Assembly: GCA_040954595.2 (NCBI GenBank)
Contig: CM082594.2
Span: 2,775,319-2,839,318, forward strand
Length of the DNA stretch: 64,000 bases
DNA from: Balanoglossus misakiensis
Taxonomy: Eukaryota; Animalia; Hemichordata
Direction: 5' to 3'
The position numbers and the translations under genes were made by a program. The notes below the pieces were generated by a model, which saw nothing but the letters and a program-made list of their open reading frames with translations, did not search any database and had not been told where the DNA came from. Shown one piece after another: positions 13,901 through 27,860 of the stretch (within the stretch, counting starts at the first letter, position 1; each line of letters opens with the position of its first letter).

Positions 13901-14311
13901 ACAATAGATCAATACGTAATTTTGTGTCAAACAGCACAATTGTAAAATCTAGCAGATGACTTCTGTCTTCATGGACAATAAAATACATCCCAAAATGAGC
14001 AATTAATTTCTATACCGTCATCCATGGGGGTCAAGCAAATCTTGACTTTTACCTTTGGATCTTCTTGCTCCTCATGCAGGCATCTACTGATCTATATGTT
14101 TGGCTGTTGTTGATCATCAGAGAGAAATTCCTATCTGCAAAAATGAAAAATAGATCAATACGCAATTTTGTGTCAAACAGCACAATGTTAAAATGTAGAA
14201 GATGACTCCTGTCTTCATGGCCAATACAATACGTACATCCCAAAATGTGCGATTAATTTCTATACCGTCATTCATGGGGTCAACCAAATCTTGACTTTTA
14301 CCTTCTGTTAA

Positions 14312-14914
14312 AGCCCCAGTATTTCTCGTGTGCATCCATTTTTCATCATCGAAAAAAGCCCGTTTTTCCAGTACATCCATCATGGAATACTATATAATGA
14401 AGATGTAAGAAAGGTTTGGGCAATTGTAGCTACATGCAAGCCGAAAATATCGCCCGTAACACTTGAAATGATGCGCGGGTTTGTTTACAACGGAAATGTT
14501 GTACATGTCGATCAGCAAACGTGCCACTTTGACATTTTGATGGTCAGACCATTTTCGGATTTGATCTGGTTCCATCGACTGATTTCTCCCATAAAGTTAT
14601 CTTCCCAAAATTTCGCCGAATTAGTGCGCATTTCTTCGCTGAGTCGCTTGATTTGGGGCGACCAAACCTCTTCCGCATAGATTCACATTTGAGTGCGCAT
14701 GCGCACTAGTCACGTGTGTCAACATTAGCCTGACTCACGTGACTTTCTGTCCGGACAGAAAGTCATTCTTCACTCGTTATATTGTAAATTGTATGAGTTT
14801 ATCAGCAGAGCTGGGGATGATGACTGTTCGATTCAGTATCAATTATCATCTACTTTTAGAAATTATAGATGCCGTTTCAAACAAAATTTTGCCCCTACGA
14901 GAAATACTGTGGCT
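14312..14914. mobile_element. Kolobok-like MITE inserted in one macro-repeat unit
   Basis: TTAA at 14308-14311 and 14915-14918; TIR agccccagtatttctcgt / acgagaaatactgtggct; absent from sister units. Confidence 0.8.
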
Positions 14915-16138
14915 TTAATACCTTTGAATCTGCTTGGCAGCACACAGATCCAGATTGCCAGACGCTTGTTATGATCAGGGAGCAGCTGTCTTCTGTGAAT
15001 ATGAAAAATATGCCAATAAGTATTTCTGTGTCAAAAAGCACAAAAGTTAAATATATCTCCTGTCTTCATGGATAATACAACACGTCACACGCTGCCGTCC
15101 ACAATGAGCAGTGTATTCTGTCATCTATGGGGTCTACTGAATCTTGAGAAGACACTTGTTACCTTTAACTCTGCTAAGCTGCTTAAGGCAGGCATGCATA
15201 CAGATCTCAGTTGGTAAATGTTGATCATCAGAGAGAAACTGTTATCTGCAAAATATGTAAAATATGACTAAGTATTTTTCGGTCAAACAAAACGACAGTA
15301 AAATCTATCTTCGGACAGATAATTTCCTGTCTTCATGAGCAATGCAAGACATCATTCTGTTGTGCGTGAACATATGGACAAATCTCGGCCTTTTGTGACA
15401 TTGAGATCTTCATTGCGGTTTATGAATGTAGTGTTCTTCAATGGTTGGTCATTAATTTGCATACTCACACCACAGGAATCATGTCACCTGGTAACCAGTT
15501 TGACGTCTGGACAGGAGGATATTTGCATCATTAAAGTCTGAAACTAATGAGAAAAAAATGAGTAATTAGACAATTATAAATGACTGCTAGAGAATGCAAC
15601 TTGTTTGCTTTTTTATTGTTTTAAGTGACAACAATTCAGGAGTTTACATTCTGTCCACAATGAAAAACTGTCCGATTTTGCCAGGTGTCCGTAATGACAG
15701 GTTTCACTGTATATTTCAACAAGTCAGGAGAAAAGCTAACAATCTTGAGTTTCAACTCTTTTCAAAGCATAAGCGCTACACTGTTGTCCCATCAGGGGAT
15801 TACACGGAAATAGGCAAAACCAATTACATATAACCTAAATTCAAATTTCAAAGCAATCTGGTTTTCAAACTTTTGATGTGTACGGACATAACAAACAAAC
15901 TGACATGCATGTACATCAAAGTACATAATGCTTGTGGTCAGAAAAGAATTGGTTGAAACATGTCAGACTTTAAGGCTCTTGATTTAAAGATGGCTGCCTT
16001 GTGGCCATTCTGATCAAACCGCAAACAAAATTAGATGTGCGTATGTACATCACAGTACACTGTCTACTTACCAAATGTTAATGAAATTGCAGTCAAGTCA
16101 TATAAGAAAAATTGTACCATACGCCCTATTGCTGTTTA

Positions 16139-16579
16139 AACCCCGGTGCGGGGTATAAAAGACCCCCCAAATCAGTGGCGAATCTTAATGCCGTTTGACT
16201 GACAACAGACAACACCAACGATCTTGGCTCTATGAAAATCGGCCCAAACAGGTCCAAGCATAAATAATTACACCACACAACGACAGTAGTTGGCTTTATA
16301 AACACACACAACATAAAGTTATCGACGAAAAAGTACACGAGCTTTTGAAACAACGATGATTTTGGGAGAAATCTGGTTTCAGTGCTTTTCAGAAGCGTCC
16401 CTGGGAAACAATAACCACGCCATCAAACAGTTGTCAATCGCGTGGAAGTGTAAAGTGTTCAATTATTTTCTGTGTACATGAGAGCAATTACACAGTCATT
16501 ATGCACGACGACCACTCCCAAATAAACAACTATACAAACACACATTAATCCGAACCCCGGTACTTTCCGCACCGGGGTG
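16139..16579. mobile_element. Tc1/mariner-like MITE with TA TSD inserted in one macro-repeat unit
   Basis: TIR (a/c)accccggtgcgg; TA at 16137-16138 and 16580-16581; the empty site gtttaaattgttacc is seen in the sister unit at ~12309. Confidence 0.8.
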
Positions 16580-17859
16580 TAAATTGTTACCTTTGAAATC
16601 TGCTTGCTCTTCAGGCATCTACGGATCTATATGCAGGTTAGCTGATGTTGATCATCACAGAGAAACTGTTATCTACAAAAATGAAAAATAGATCAATAAG
16701 TAATTTTGTGTCAAACAGCACAGTGGACAATAAAATACATCCAAAATGAGCAATTAATTTCTATACCGTCATCCATTGGGTCTACCGGTACTGAATCTTG
16801 ACTGTTACCTTACATGTGTATGTTACCTTTGAATCTGCTTGGCAGCACACAGATCTAGATTGCCAGATGCTTGTTATGATCAGGGAGAAACAGCTGTCCT
16901 CTGCGAATATGAAAAATATGCCAATAAGTATTTCTGGGTCAAACAGTAGAAAAGTCAAACATATCTCCTGGACAATACAACACGTCACACGCTGCTGTCC
17001 ACAATGAGCAGTGTATTCTGTCATCTATGGGGTCTACTGAATCTTGAGAAGACAAAAATTTTACCTTTGAACTCTGCTTGGCTGTTTAAGGCAGGTATGC
17101 ATACAGATCTCAGTTGGTAAATGTTGATCATCAGAGAGAACCTCTTATCTGCAAAAATTAAAAATAGATCAGTACGTAATTTTGTGTCAAACTGCACAAT
17201 GGTAAAATCTATCTACGGATAGATTATTTCCTGTCTTTATGGGCAATGCAAGACATCATTCTGTTGTGCGTGAACATATGGACAAATCTCAGCCTTTCAT
17301 TGCAGTTTATGAATGTAGGGTTCTTCAATGGCTCGTCATTAATTTGCATACTCACACCACAGGAATCATGTCACCTGGTAACCAGTTTGGCGTCTGGACA
17401 GGAGGATATTTTGCATCATTAAAGTCTGAAACTGATGAGAAAAAAATGTGTGAATAAACAATTATAACTGACTGCTCAGGACTTCAACTTGGCTGCTTAT
17501 AAACCCCAACACCTGCAACAAATAATAAATAGTAAATGTTAATTCATGATCATAGACTGAGTGGGTTTGATGTTACCTATTGTAGACTTACGAATTGTGT
17601 TGCATCTTTCATCCGTTGGTTAGTTAGCTAGCTGGCTAGCTGATGCACATTATTCATTGAAAAACTCTAGGAGCTGATTAATTTATTTACCCACTAAACT
17701 TTAAAAAAATGTGAAACTCTTTCCCATTTAATAGTAGCAATGTGGACCAGTACTAACTTAACAAATCACTGTCAATGATGCAGTCATAGGGGCGATTAAA
17801 AATTCTAACTATTATCAACAAATTATTCCACTACTTATTACCTATCTAGATATTGTGCA

Positions 17860-18400
17860 CATTCTGTATGTTATTATATCATCATTGTTGTTATTACTCA
17901 TTATTTATGTTATTATTATATATTATATCATTAACGTTATTAGTATCATCATCATCATCATTGGCATTTCACCCTAATCATCTTTGTCATAATCACTGTT
18001 TTTATTGCTATTTATTAAATCATCACATCATTATTATTACTGTAAACCTCAGTCATTTATTTTTTTTTTCATTTCACCATCATCATCACCATCATCATCT
18101 TTTGTCATTATCACTATTTTTATTTCTATTTATTAAATCATCACATTATTATTATTATCATTGTTACTTGTTGTCATTACATCATCATCATCCTCATCAT
18201 CTCACCCTAATCATCTGTCATTATCACAGTTTTTATTATTTATTAAATCATCATATCATCATTATTATCAGTTAATTTTTGTCATTTCATCATCCTCATC
18301 CTCATCATCATCACCATGACCACCATCAACATCAGTAAAACCATCAGTCATCACAGAACATTTAGTATTAACAATTAACATCAAAACTGCCACCATCACC
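17860..18400. repeat. Low-complexity (CAT/TAT)n region
   Basis: His/Ile/Tyr-rich spurious ORFs; a related block lies at 21150-21400. Confidence 0.8.
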
Positions 18401-18909
18401 AATATAAAAAAGGAATAAAAGTGAAATATTAAATGACCCATGAAAAACAGAAACATTCAGAAAACAGTAATCCGCAAAGTCTATAGTCACTAGTTTATTT
18501 TTCTAGCTGTCTTATACTTTATATTATATTTATTATTTTCAGCCGGTAATTTAGTATGTCTAAGAAAATTGTAATATTGTAATTATTCATATGCATAGCT
18601 GACATTATATACACCAGTAATTCTGAATCGTGCTTTAACTAAATTACTGCAATTTCCAAAACAGACAAGCCTATTCATGTTACTATGTAAATTTCCAATT
18701 TAAAAGGGTTCACTTTTGAAAAGGGGGGAAAGAGCTGTTGGTGAAACTGACTGGATAGTATTTAACACAATAAAATATAGGTACATAAATCTTACATAAT
18801 GAAATGTTTAATCATCATATCATTTAATCTGGAATGAAATCATGCATTTGAGACAAATTAATTGTGATCACAATTACGGGTACAATGCAAGTAACACTGT
18901 CTGAAAACA

Positions 18910-19755
18910 AGTTAGTTCGAAGTTTTCATATCTGGCTACAGTACCTGAAACAAAAATTTGTAATGACTGACACACCCTCCATCATTATCAAGCCCCATGG
19001 TTTCACACTGGTTGTTTGTTTATGATTGTAAAACACTGTTTACTTAATAACACAAGCACAGTAAAATTATTAATGACATAAAACACATCATGGTGCAGCA
19101 TTTCAATACTGCAGGTAAATAGTTCAAAGTTTTCATATCTAGCTACAGTACCTGAAACAAAAATTTGTTATCGCTGATAGTGATACACCCTCCATCATTA
19201 TCAAGCCCCATGGTTTCACTCAGTTGTTTGTTTACAATTGTGAAACACTGTTCACTTAATAACACACCCATTTCAACACAGTAGAATTAACGATAAAACA
19301 CGTCATGGTGCAGCATTTTAATACCGCAGGTAAATAGTTCAACGTTTTCATATCTGGCTACAGTACCTGAAACAAAAATTTGTAATCACTGATACACCCT
19401 CCATCATTATCAACCCCCATGGTTTCACACTGTTTTTTTTTGTTTATGATTGTGAAACACTGTTTACTAAATAATACAACCAAGGGTTGATACTGCAGGT
19501 TAGTACAAAGTTTTCATATCAAGCTACAGTACATGTACCTGAAACAAAATTTGTTATCACTGACACATATTCCATGGTTATCAATGAGAACACCATGGTT
19601 ACGCATATCTGCCAGGGGTATATGCAGACATTTTTCACACTGGTTGTTGTTTACGATTTTGAAACTCTGTTCACTTCATAACACAATAAATTCTACATAG
19701 TAAATAATTATGATGAAACACACAATGATGCAGCATTTTCATACTGCAAGTACTT
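18910..19755. repeat. Tandem repeat, ~170-215 bp unit, ~4 diverged copies
   Basis: gttttcatatc(tg/ta/aa)gctacagtac..ctgaaacaaaa recurs at ~18922, 19129, 19344, 19510. Confidence 0.85.
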
Positions 19756-20313
19756 AAAGTCTTATCCACACAATTATACGTTTCATGAATCGGAAACTTA
19801 TCAACACTCTGAGTGAATGATTACTTATACGGTACATCATGTTTGCGTGAGCAAGGTATGTTATGTTTGCGAGTGCAAGGTGTTGACCTCCCCAAATCTG
19901 ACTGGCCAGGTCAGCATGGGGACAATAACATCATGTGTGCGAGTTTCAACAAAATACACCTGAGAACATTACTGCACAAAGCAGATCACCCATATACACT
20001 GATTTGTGTCATTACATATGTGTACCTCATAGTAAACTTCTCCTGTTGAAGTAAAGTACTATAACTATAGCAACATTGTGGAATTCATTTGGTTATTACA
20101 CGACAAAACATTAGAGGGTACAACTTCAAATAGATACTATTACTACAAGATCTATGTGTGAATCTCATAGTGAACTTTACCCTGTTGAAGAAAAGTATAA
20201 GTACCGGTATCGTAACATTGTGGATCTATGTGTGTAGAAAAATAATTATATGTCATGCGATATACATGTAGTCACACTTTTTTTGCATTAAATCCCCTCT
20301 CACACAGAGTGGT

Positions 20314-20618
20314 ATTCAACACAGTTGTTAATCTTGAACGCGAAGTAACGCTCAAAACTGCTGACCAGTTGGTATACCATCACTATCATCATCAGTATCA
20401 CAATCACTACCACCATCACCATCAGTATCACCATCACTACCACCATCATCATCAGTATCACCATCACCATCATCACCAGTATCGCCATCATCATCAACAT
20501 CACCATCATCATCATCATCACCAGTACCACCATCACCATCATTATCACCATCACCATATTCAACACAGCTGTTAATCTTCAACGTGAAGATACGGTTTAA
20601 AATGCTGTAACAGTTGGC
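20314..20618. repeat. (CAT/CAC)n trinucleotide tract between ~60-bp direct repeats
   Basis: attcaacacag(t/c)tgttaatctt(g/c)aacg(c/t)gaag..cagttgg at 20314 and 20558 flanks a His-codon-like tract. Confidence 0.75.
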
Positions 20619-21149
20619 ACTACCCATGGTAACTATACAGTTAAATTTACATACATGTCTTTTTTTTCTGGAAAACAGACAAGGTTAACTGTGTAAAAAA
20701 ACGGCATTTTATGCGCATTCCTAGAAAAAAAGAAAGCTTTTGTTTAATTCAATACACCAGTCATGTTTTCACCAACAGCTCTACATGCTAGGATCATCTT
20801 TCTCCAGTTTGTATACAGAATCATCTGCCTCACAGAACAGAATCACACATTATGTAACATCAACTATGCACATTTCAGGCTACCAATTTTGATGGACATT
20901 TATTATGCTAAATGTGACTGACTATCTAGATGAAAATACATCATGGTAAAATTAAACCTTCACTAACATTATTATTCTGTTATTTTATACCACTACAACC
21001 ACAATGCCACGGCTACCAGGTACAACATTACACCAATTGTTCTGGATTAAATTAAGACCATTAATCACCACCTATACCATTCAAAACATATTCATTCTCC
21101 AGCCAATTGCGACTCTAAGTATCCTGAAAATCCATCAAAGCCAGACAAT

Positions 21150-21169
21150 ACCATCATCATTACTGTATT

Positions 21170-21215
<46 letters not shown>

Positions 21216-21400
21216 ATTCATCATCATCTTTTGTCATTATCACTATTTTTATTTCTATTTATTAAATCATCACATCATTATTATTATCATTGTTACTTGT
21301 TGTCATTACATCATCATCATCATCATCATAATCATCATCATCATCACCATCATCTTTTATTGTTATTTTTATTATTATATCAAGATTATCATTATTGTGC
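21150..21400. repeat. (CAT)n microsatellite and low-complexity block
   Basis: Perfect (cat)n run at ~21172-21213. Confidence 0.85.
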
Positions 21401-22089
21401 ACATTAATAACTAATCTACATTATCAAAGTTTCATATTTTATACTGAATCATTTACACAAAGGGGTACTCTGTTTAATATGTATTATGAAAATTTATTAA
21501 ACCTTATCCTGCAAATTATCATTTTCTGCAGTAATATACATCTGATACTATTACAGGCCCTGTCTATTATTAAATGTATGTTTGTCACACATGATTAAAA
21601 TGTTCAATCTTACCTCACGGTCCACAAACTACAATCTTACCCAATGCATTGGTGTTGAGTGGAGGTCACTCTTTGCACAGTTCTCAATACATATTTCATT
21701 AACAAATTGACTGCTCTAATATTAAATTTGTCTTTCAATTGTCATTGATTTTAAGAAAAATACCTGCTCCACTCTCAACACGACCGAACTGAATATAACA
21801 GATGCTTACCATGTTTTGCAGCAGGCCAGTATTTGCAGTTCTGCACAATCCAGTTGTCAAGCAAAACAATAAAATACATACATGTACATGTAGTATAAAT
21901 AAAAAAAAATATTACTTCCCTACTCAAAGATCAGCCATAGTAATATATCCATTTCTGTAATCTTCAACTTGTCCCAACAAGTCATGTCAGCAAGATCACA
22001 TGGAAAGTTCCTCCTGCAATTAAGAAAGTTGAAAACAATGTTGAGCACAAAATCAAAACTTTTGAACAGTATAGAAATCATGGTTGAGT

Positions 22090-24050
22090 GACAGAAATGT
22101 AGAAGATATGGATGGTAAAGCAGGGACTATCACAAGTGCTGTACATATGTGCGTTTTAGACTGCAAGGAACATTCCTTTAGAATACGCTGTAGGTTTTGG
22201 CATTGATGGTGCGGTATTCCAAACTGGTAAACTAAATGGGGTTGTAGCTCATTTGAGACAAGATTCTTTAGTTTCTGTTCATTGTGCTGCACATCACCTC
22301 AACCTTGCATCTTTCCAGACTGCAAAGAGTTCAGAGTCTTTGAAGAGGTACCAACAAGTTCTCAACAATTTATATAATACTTTCCAATTCATCACTAGTA
22401 CATGTATGTTTTAACAAATTTAGAGCAGTGTTCAAAATAACGCCTGTCTGACAGTCCGAGACTGGTTGTTTTTCCACCGGACTGGTAGAAAAAAAGTTAC
22501 AAGTCCAGCGGACAGGTTGAATTTAGCGTAGAGTTGACCTTTTTTGCGGTATCATAGACGGATGTGACACCATCGTGACCCTGGCTGTCCTGGATAGCAC
22601 CGCAAACGATATATTTTAGACCATCGATCCTCTCTGTTCATTAATTGCAAAGAAAAGAAACAGTCTGATTGGACAGACTGACTATAACCTTAAAAAAATT
22701 AACTAATCAAAGTACTTGTTGCATGAGCTTCAAAGTAACGTTGTCATTCTCCAATAACACGGCATATTTTTTTGCCGCGAGTTTGTGGAATTACATTGTA
22801 TGTTGCATAATTATCTTGGCCTGCCAACTCTCCCAACCAAACGGGGGACGCCAGAGGAAGCCTTACAAGCAAACAGGGAGTACAATGCCACTAAACGTAA
22901 GAAGACAATTGTCCAATCGTGGAAAATTTAATTTCAAGATTGGTTAGTCACGGACTATATTGGTAATGCCAGCGCAAAAGTTGTACTGCAAATTACGCAG
23001 AGCCCGTTGACAAGTACAAAAATACGTGTATGGTGCATTCGTTAAAGGCTCTACAAATCTCAGACACGAAGCTCTGAAAACTCATGAAACTTCAGAGGGG
23101 CATAGATATGCTAAGCAGTACCTGCATGCAAAAAGGCTGCCCCGGGTGATTTGATAGCGGAAAGGACACTGCAGTTGATGAACACGACAACATTTGATAG
23201 CTGTCAAAGCTTTTCAGAAATGCTCATGCTTTGGCAAAGAAATCTAGACCGATCAGCGACTTCAAATGGCAGTGTACACTTGATAAACAGAAAGGCGTGG
23301 ATATTGGTCATACATATCATAACAATAAAAGTGCCCAACAGTTTCTACTAGCTATATCGAACGAGCCAAAATTGAAAGTGAACTTTCTCAAGCACGCTAC
23401 TGCAGTTTGTTGTCGGACGGCTCAACTGACCTGTCTGTCGTGGAAAATGAGATTGTGCATGTACACTTTGCAACACAGGTGTTGTACAGTCAGTATGTAC
23501 TGTAAAATCGATGTTTATTTATAAATAAAGTTACTTAAAGAGAAAGATGATTCCATCCAATCTTCATTTGTTCATAGATACAGTAATAGCTTCTTGCTTG
23601 CATTTGATAAACGTTTAATTGTAATGCATAATGTCAGGACTGGTAAGTTTTGGGCAGCACTGGCAACTTCAAAAAGTTGCCAGTCCTGGTGACTGGTTGA
23701 TATTTTCTACGAATTTTGAACACTGCTTATAGGGATTTAGTCTGTGTTAGATGAAGTTCAGGTTGCCAACACCAGTTTGTTGATTCTCAGACTGTATCTC
23801 AAGCAGTTCAGAATGTGCATGGATAGCTTGGTTTCCACATTGGAAACCATTTACTCTGAGTGTAACAATTCGGTTGTCAAGAGTTTGGTATCAGAGGCAA
23901 CCAGTTACAGTTCTGTAGCTAGTATTACTGCTTTATACAGAGACTTAACGATTGTGCTTGGCAGATCGGGCACAAAGGAATACAATCAACTCCCAAGTTA
24001 CGTTCAAATCACAACTTCAAATCAAATCAATGCTTGAACCAGAAAAATAT
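22090..24050 (+). pseudogene. Degenerate hAT (ZNF862/C17orf113-like) transposase, interrupted by a second hAT element
   Basis: Translation GFGIDGAVFQTGKLNGVVAHLRQDSLVSVHCAAHHLNLA (22190-22310) matches the hAT DGA..G and HCxxHxLNL motifs; apparently resumes after 23725. Confidence 0.7.
22426..23725 (+). mobile_element. Internally deleted hAT element with ZNF862-like N-terminal remnant
   Basis: TIR cagtgttcaaaat / attttgaacactg; internal FVKGSTNLRHEALKTHETSEGH and LFRNAHALAKKSRPISDFKWQCTLDKQKGVDIGHTYHNNKSA; TSD not preserved. Confidence 0.75.
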
Positions 24051-26689
24051 ATCAGCACTGTTCATATTCTTAAATTCAGAAATCATTGAAATGCACTGTC
24101 CAGATTTCACTGCTCATCACATGTCCTGGAAATTCTGAGAAGGCGCCACGATAATATTCCTCCGGAAGAAAGACTTTGTGAATTTTGTTTCAAAAACAAC
24201 AATTATTGTATTAATGATGGCTTTCATTTCGTGTCTATTTGACTTTCGAACAGTGTGTAATAGATTCCATTATCGAGTCAACAGTCCTATGTTCTCAATG
24301 GTGAACCAAGAAATGTTCTTTCCTATGAAGTTTTTTTGCTGATTTGCATTCATATGGGTCCCTAAAGCAATTTCAGCTTAGTTGCCAGAATAGCAACGTT
24401 GGGCAATTCTTCAAAAATGGCCGTCAAACACATTCTCTAAAATAAACAATTTGCCCAGTTTGGCTCAAAATGGTGTGTACTATATCATTTCAATGATTTG
24501 CTTCATATGGGCATCCAAAACAACACAATTTTTTTTGTCAAAAAGAGAATGTCAGACAACTCTGCTAATTTGCATAATTGAAAATGGCCGCTGAATGCCT
24601 TTAAGATTTAAATTTTGTCCTGTTTGTCCCAAAATGATGTGTTATGCCTCATTTTCAGGATTTTCATTTACATGGGCAACTAAAACAATGATAATTTTAA
24701 AGAGATTTAGGCCATTTTGGATTATGCAAATTAGAAGGGTTGCCCAAACCTACCATGGCAACAAAGTCAAAATTGTTTGAGGTGCCCATGTAAATGAAAA
24801 TCCCTTTGAATATTGTAGTGTAGAAATGGTGCTAAAGAAGTCTTTTAAACATTAAACATCTTACAATGTAGTTTTATACTGTGTGCCGTTCTGTCAGTGA
24901 TTTCATCTCATGCCACCTTGAGAACTATCTATAACAAACGGTTAGATGTTTCATGTAAATGTTGTTGTATCCTTATAAATTGCCTTTTTCTAGTTAAAGG
25001 CATTGTCCGTCTGTTTTTCCTCAACCTTCATGTTTACTGCCTTCTGCTTACTTCCATACGACAGAAAAGCAATTGGAGCCCATGTTCATGTACTACTATC
25101 ATTATGTATGCCAGCATGTATGTTTACACCAACCAAATTCTCTTTACCTGAATCGGAAATCAACATTTAGTAGCTAGAGAGAAAGATTTTTTTTTTTGAA
25201 ATGTACAAATAGATATACAAGACAAATGCATTGTAAATCGTATCAGGTTCCCATGACAATAACTACAGGAAATTCTCCCCCCCCCTCCCACCGAACTATC
25301 AAAGACTGGAAAAATATTAACACCCTCAGACATTGTGATGTCCAGCAGAAACACCTGGCTTTTCCAGAGCCAACGTGGCAACTTTTTTCGAATGAGCCAA
25401 GCACATTTCTGAAATTCAGTTGCGCACAACTGAACTAGAAAAATCTTCAACCTGCTGAAGATGGCCAGTTTTAATAGGAAGAATTACGTCACGGCATAAA
25501 CAACATGATAAATAATACTCACTGAAACATTCAAGTCGACCAACAACATTCCATGCACACTGTGTTCCATCTTCAGAGCGGACTCCAGCGAGAAAATTGG
25601 ATTCCAACACGTACACAAATCAGGATACACCGTTCTCCATGTTCTGTGACGACATCCATCTCGAATATTTATACCTGCGCCATGACACACATATGACGTC
25701 ATCGTGAAAATTTCCATATAGGCCTATGTTCCATTACAAAGCGTTGGACAATATTTCCAATCGCTCTCTGCGATTGAAACAAACTAGAAACTTCCACTGT
25801 CTATGATAAAACTTGCACCCGGACCTCTCGCGAATACCTGGAACCAGTATTTCATGAATAATATTTCCATTCCGAGGGATGGGAGCTCCATTCAAACCAA
25901 GCGATAGACATTCATTTCAAACCGACCGCCATGATGTTCATGTGACGTACGGCAACCAAACATCGCCCTCAACGCCACGGAAAAGTATCAGTTATGTTTT
26001 GTTTATTCACTGTTTCGAGTGCTTTGGGACAGCGTAATCTTTTCCGAGGACAACAAATTTAATACTTTTCAGATGCATTTTCCTACATTTGAGTAAAATT
26101 TATAAAATTTGGTCACAAAAACTAAACTATTGTGTAAAGAAACGAGAAAGAAAGCATCAAACTTACTATACTTGAGGGCGCAAATTAGTGTCAAAGAATA
26201 TTTTTACGTACAGGGCACAATTATATAAATTGCAAAGCAAAATCTTTCAGCTATGGAAGAGAGAAGCATTTCTTTTTCGACAGACACATTTTATTTTAAT
26301 AACGGTGGAAGTTGAAGTATCCCAATATGCCAAACCCAATTGCAAGTTGATGGACATGCGATGCATGGTCGAGTTTACCAAACTATTGTCGCTGGATGCG
26401 CCACAATTCATTAGCCCAAACATATGGCACTCTCACTAATTAACAGAGAAAAATAGAAGTGGTCTGACAGAATAACAGTAAACAAGTCAATAAAAATACA
26501 TGTATATAGAAATGCTCATGTCCGTACGTAAGGGGATTTTGGGATAAGCTTACTATGGCAACACTCTTCCAGAGATGTGTCTCAAGATGATTTTAGTGTG
26601 ATCATTGGTCTTCACCCAGTGAAAAAGTTTTGTCTCTTGCCTTAAACAACGCCGTTCTCATCGCAAAATATCACTTGGCATCAAACATT

Positions 26690-27860
26690 AATACTAGCAC
26701 TCACTGCAGCAATTATTACTTCACCGGAAATCACACAAACGCTATGTTCATCACGCCAGTTGTCGAAGACCCTAAGAAATCAGCTGGCTATGACTTAGTC
26801 CACCCTCTTCCAATCAAAGATGCTATAAATTACATTTCTAAAGCACTAACCTATCTCTTGCCCATGGAACATTCCCAGACGCCCTAAAACTTGCTCGCAT
26901 TTCGCCCATCAACAAAAAAAGGGGTCCCCATTTGAGGTGGGGAATTATAGGCCAATTTTAATACTCCCAGTCTTCAGTAAAATTTTCGAGATCGATCACT
27001 TGTCAACAAATACATGTACATGTAGCTTATTTCTTTCCTTGAAAAGTATAAAATTATATCCTCGACACCCAATACGGTTTTTAGACAAAAGCGCAGTACG
27101 AAACTTGCTCTTGCTGACTTAGTCTCTGACATTACAGATAATATTGACAAAGGCCTCGTTACTCTTGGAATTTTTGTTGACTTGCAAACGGCCCTTGACA
27201 CCATCAACCACGAGATCCTCCTCCAAAAGGTAGATTACCACGAGATCGGGGTCTTCCACTACAATGGTTCAGGAGCTATTTGGACAATCGCCAACAGTTT
27301 GTCCTCATTGACGGTCAATCTTCCACGCCCAAACGTGTACGATGCGGTGTTCCCCAAAGTTCTCTTTGAGGTCCAACACTCTTTCTCATATACATTAATG
27401 ACATTGATATAAAAGCTACAAATTTCTTTTACTTCAGACTCTTTGCGGACGATACTAACTGATTCCACTTTACAAAATCTAACACTATAAATCTTAACTC
27501 AATTAATGACGAGCTTAATCAGAAAAAAACTAATTGTATGATTATAAACACGCATCAGAGAAGTACATGTATCGCCACCGAAAGACAACTCTCTATAGAT
27601 AACATTCCAATAAATTACACACAGTATTCCAGCTACTTATCTTGGAAATCACACAGATAACATCACCCCTAAAATTGGTATCATCTCCCGTCTCCGACAT
27701 GTTATTCTTATTTCTTTACAACACACTTATCTCACCACATCTCACTAATTGCATTGAAATATGGGACACACTTTCTCCTCTCACCTCAACCAGATACTTC
27801 TTTTACAGAAGAGAATTGTCCGACTTGTAACTTTTTCTGACAACGACGCCCACTCCGCCG
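26690..27860 (+). mobile_element. Degenerate CR1/L2-type LINE reverse-transcriptase fragment
   Basis: NYRPILILPVFSKIFE, GIFVDLQTALDTINHEILLQK, WFRSYLDNRQQFV, CGVPQ, LFLIYINDI and FADDT motifs in shifting frames. Confidence 0.85.

Larger units (their letters stand above)
10820..17498. repeat. Composite tandem macro-repeat, ~1.0-1.8 kb units, ~4.5 copies, dimeric higher-order structure
   Basis: Anchors gattgccaga(t/c)gcttgttatgatcaggg at ~11140, 12590, 14952, 16858 and gacaggtttcactgtatatttc at ~10903, 11889, 13315, 15696. Near-identical spurious ORFs at 12514/16782 and 12971/17239 are offset by 4268 nt. Confidence 0.9.

Noticed and set aside
11095-17457. Repeated 60-116 aa ORFs as a tandem gene family
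   Set aside because: They recur only because the DNA is duplicated; frames break between copies and no domain is recognisable.
17853-21414. His-rich and Asp/Gly-rich ORFs
   Set aside because: They are translations of (CAT)n/(CAC)n microsatellites with no splice or domain support.
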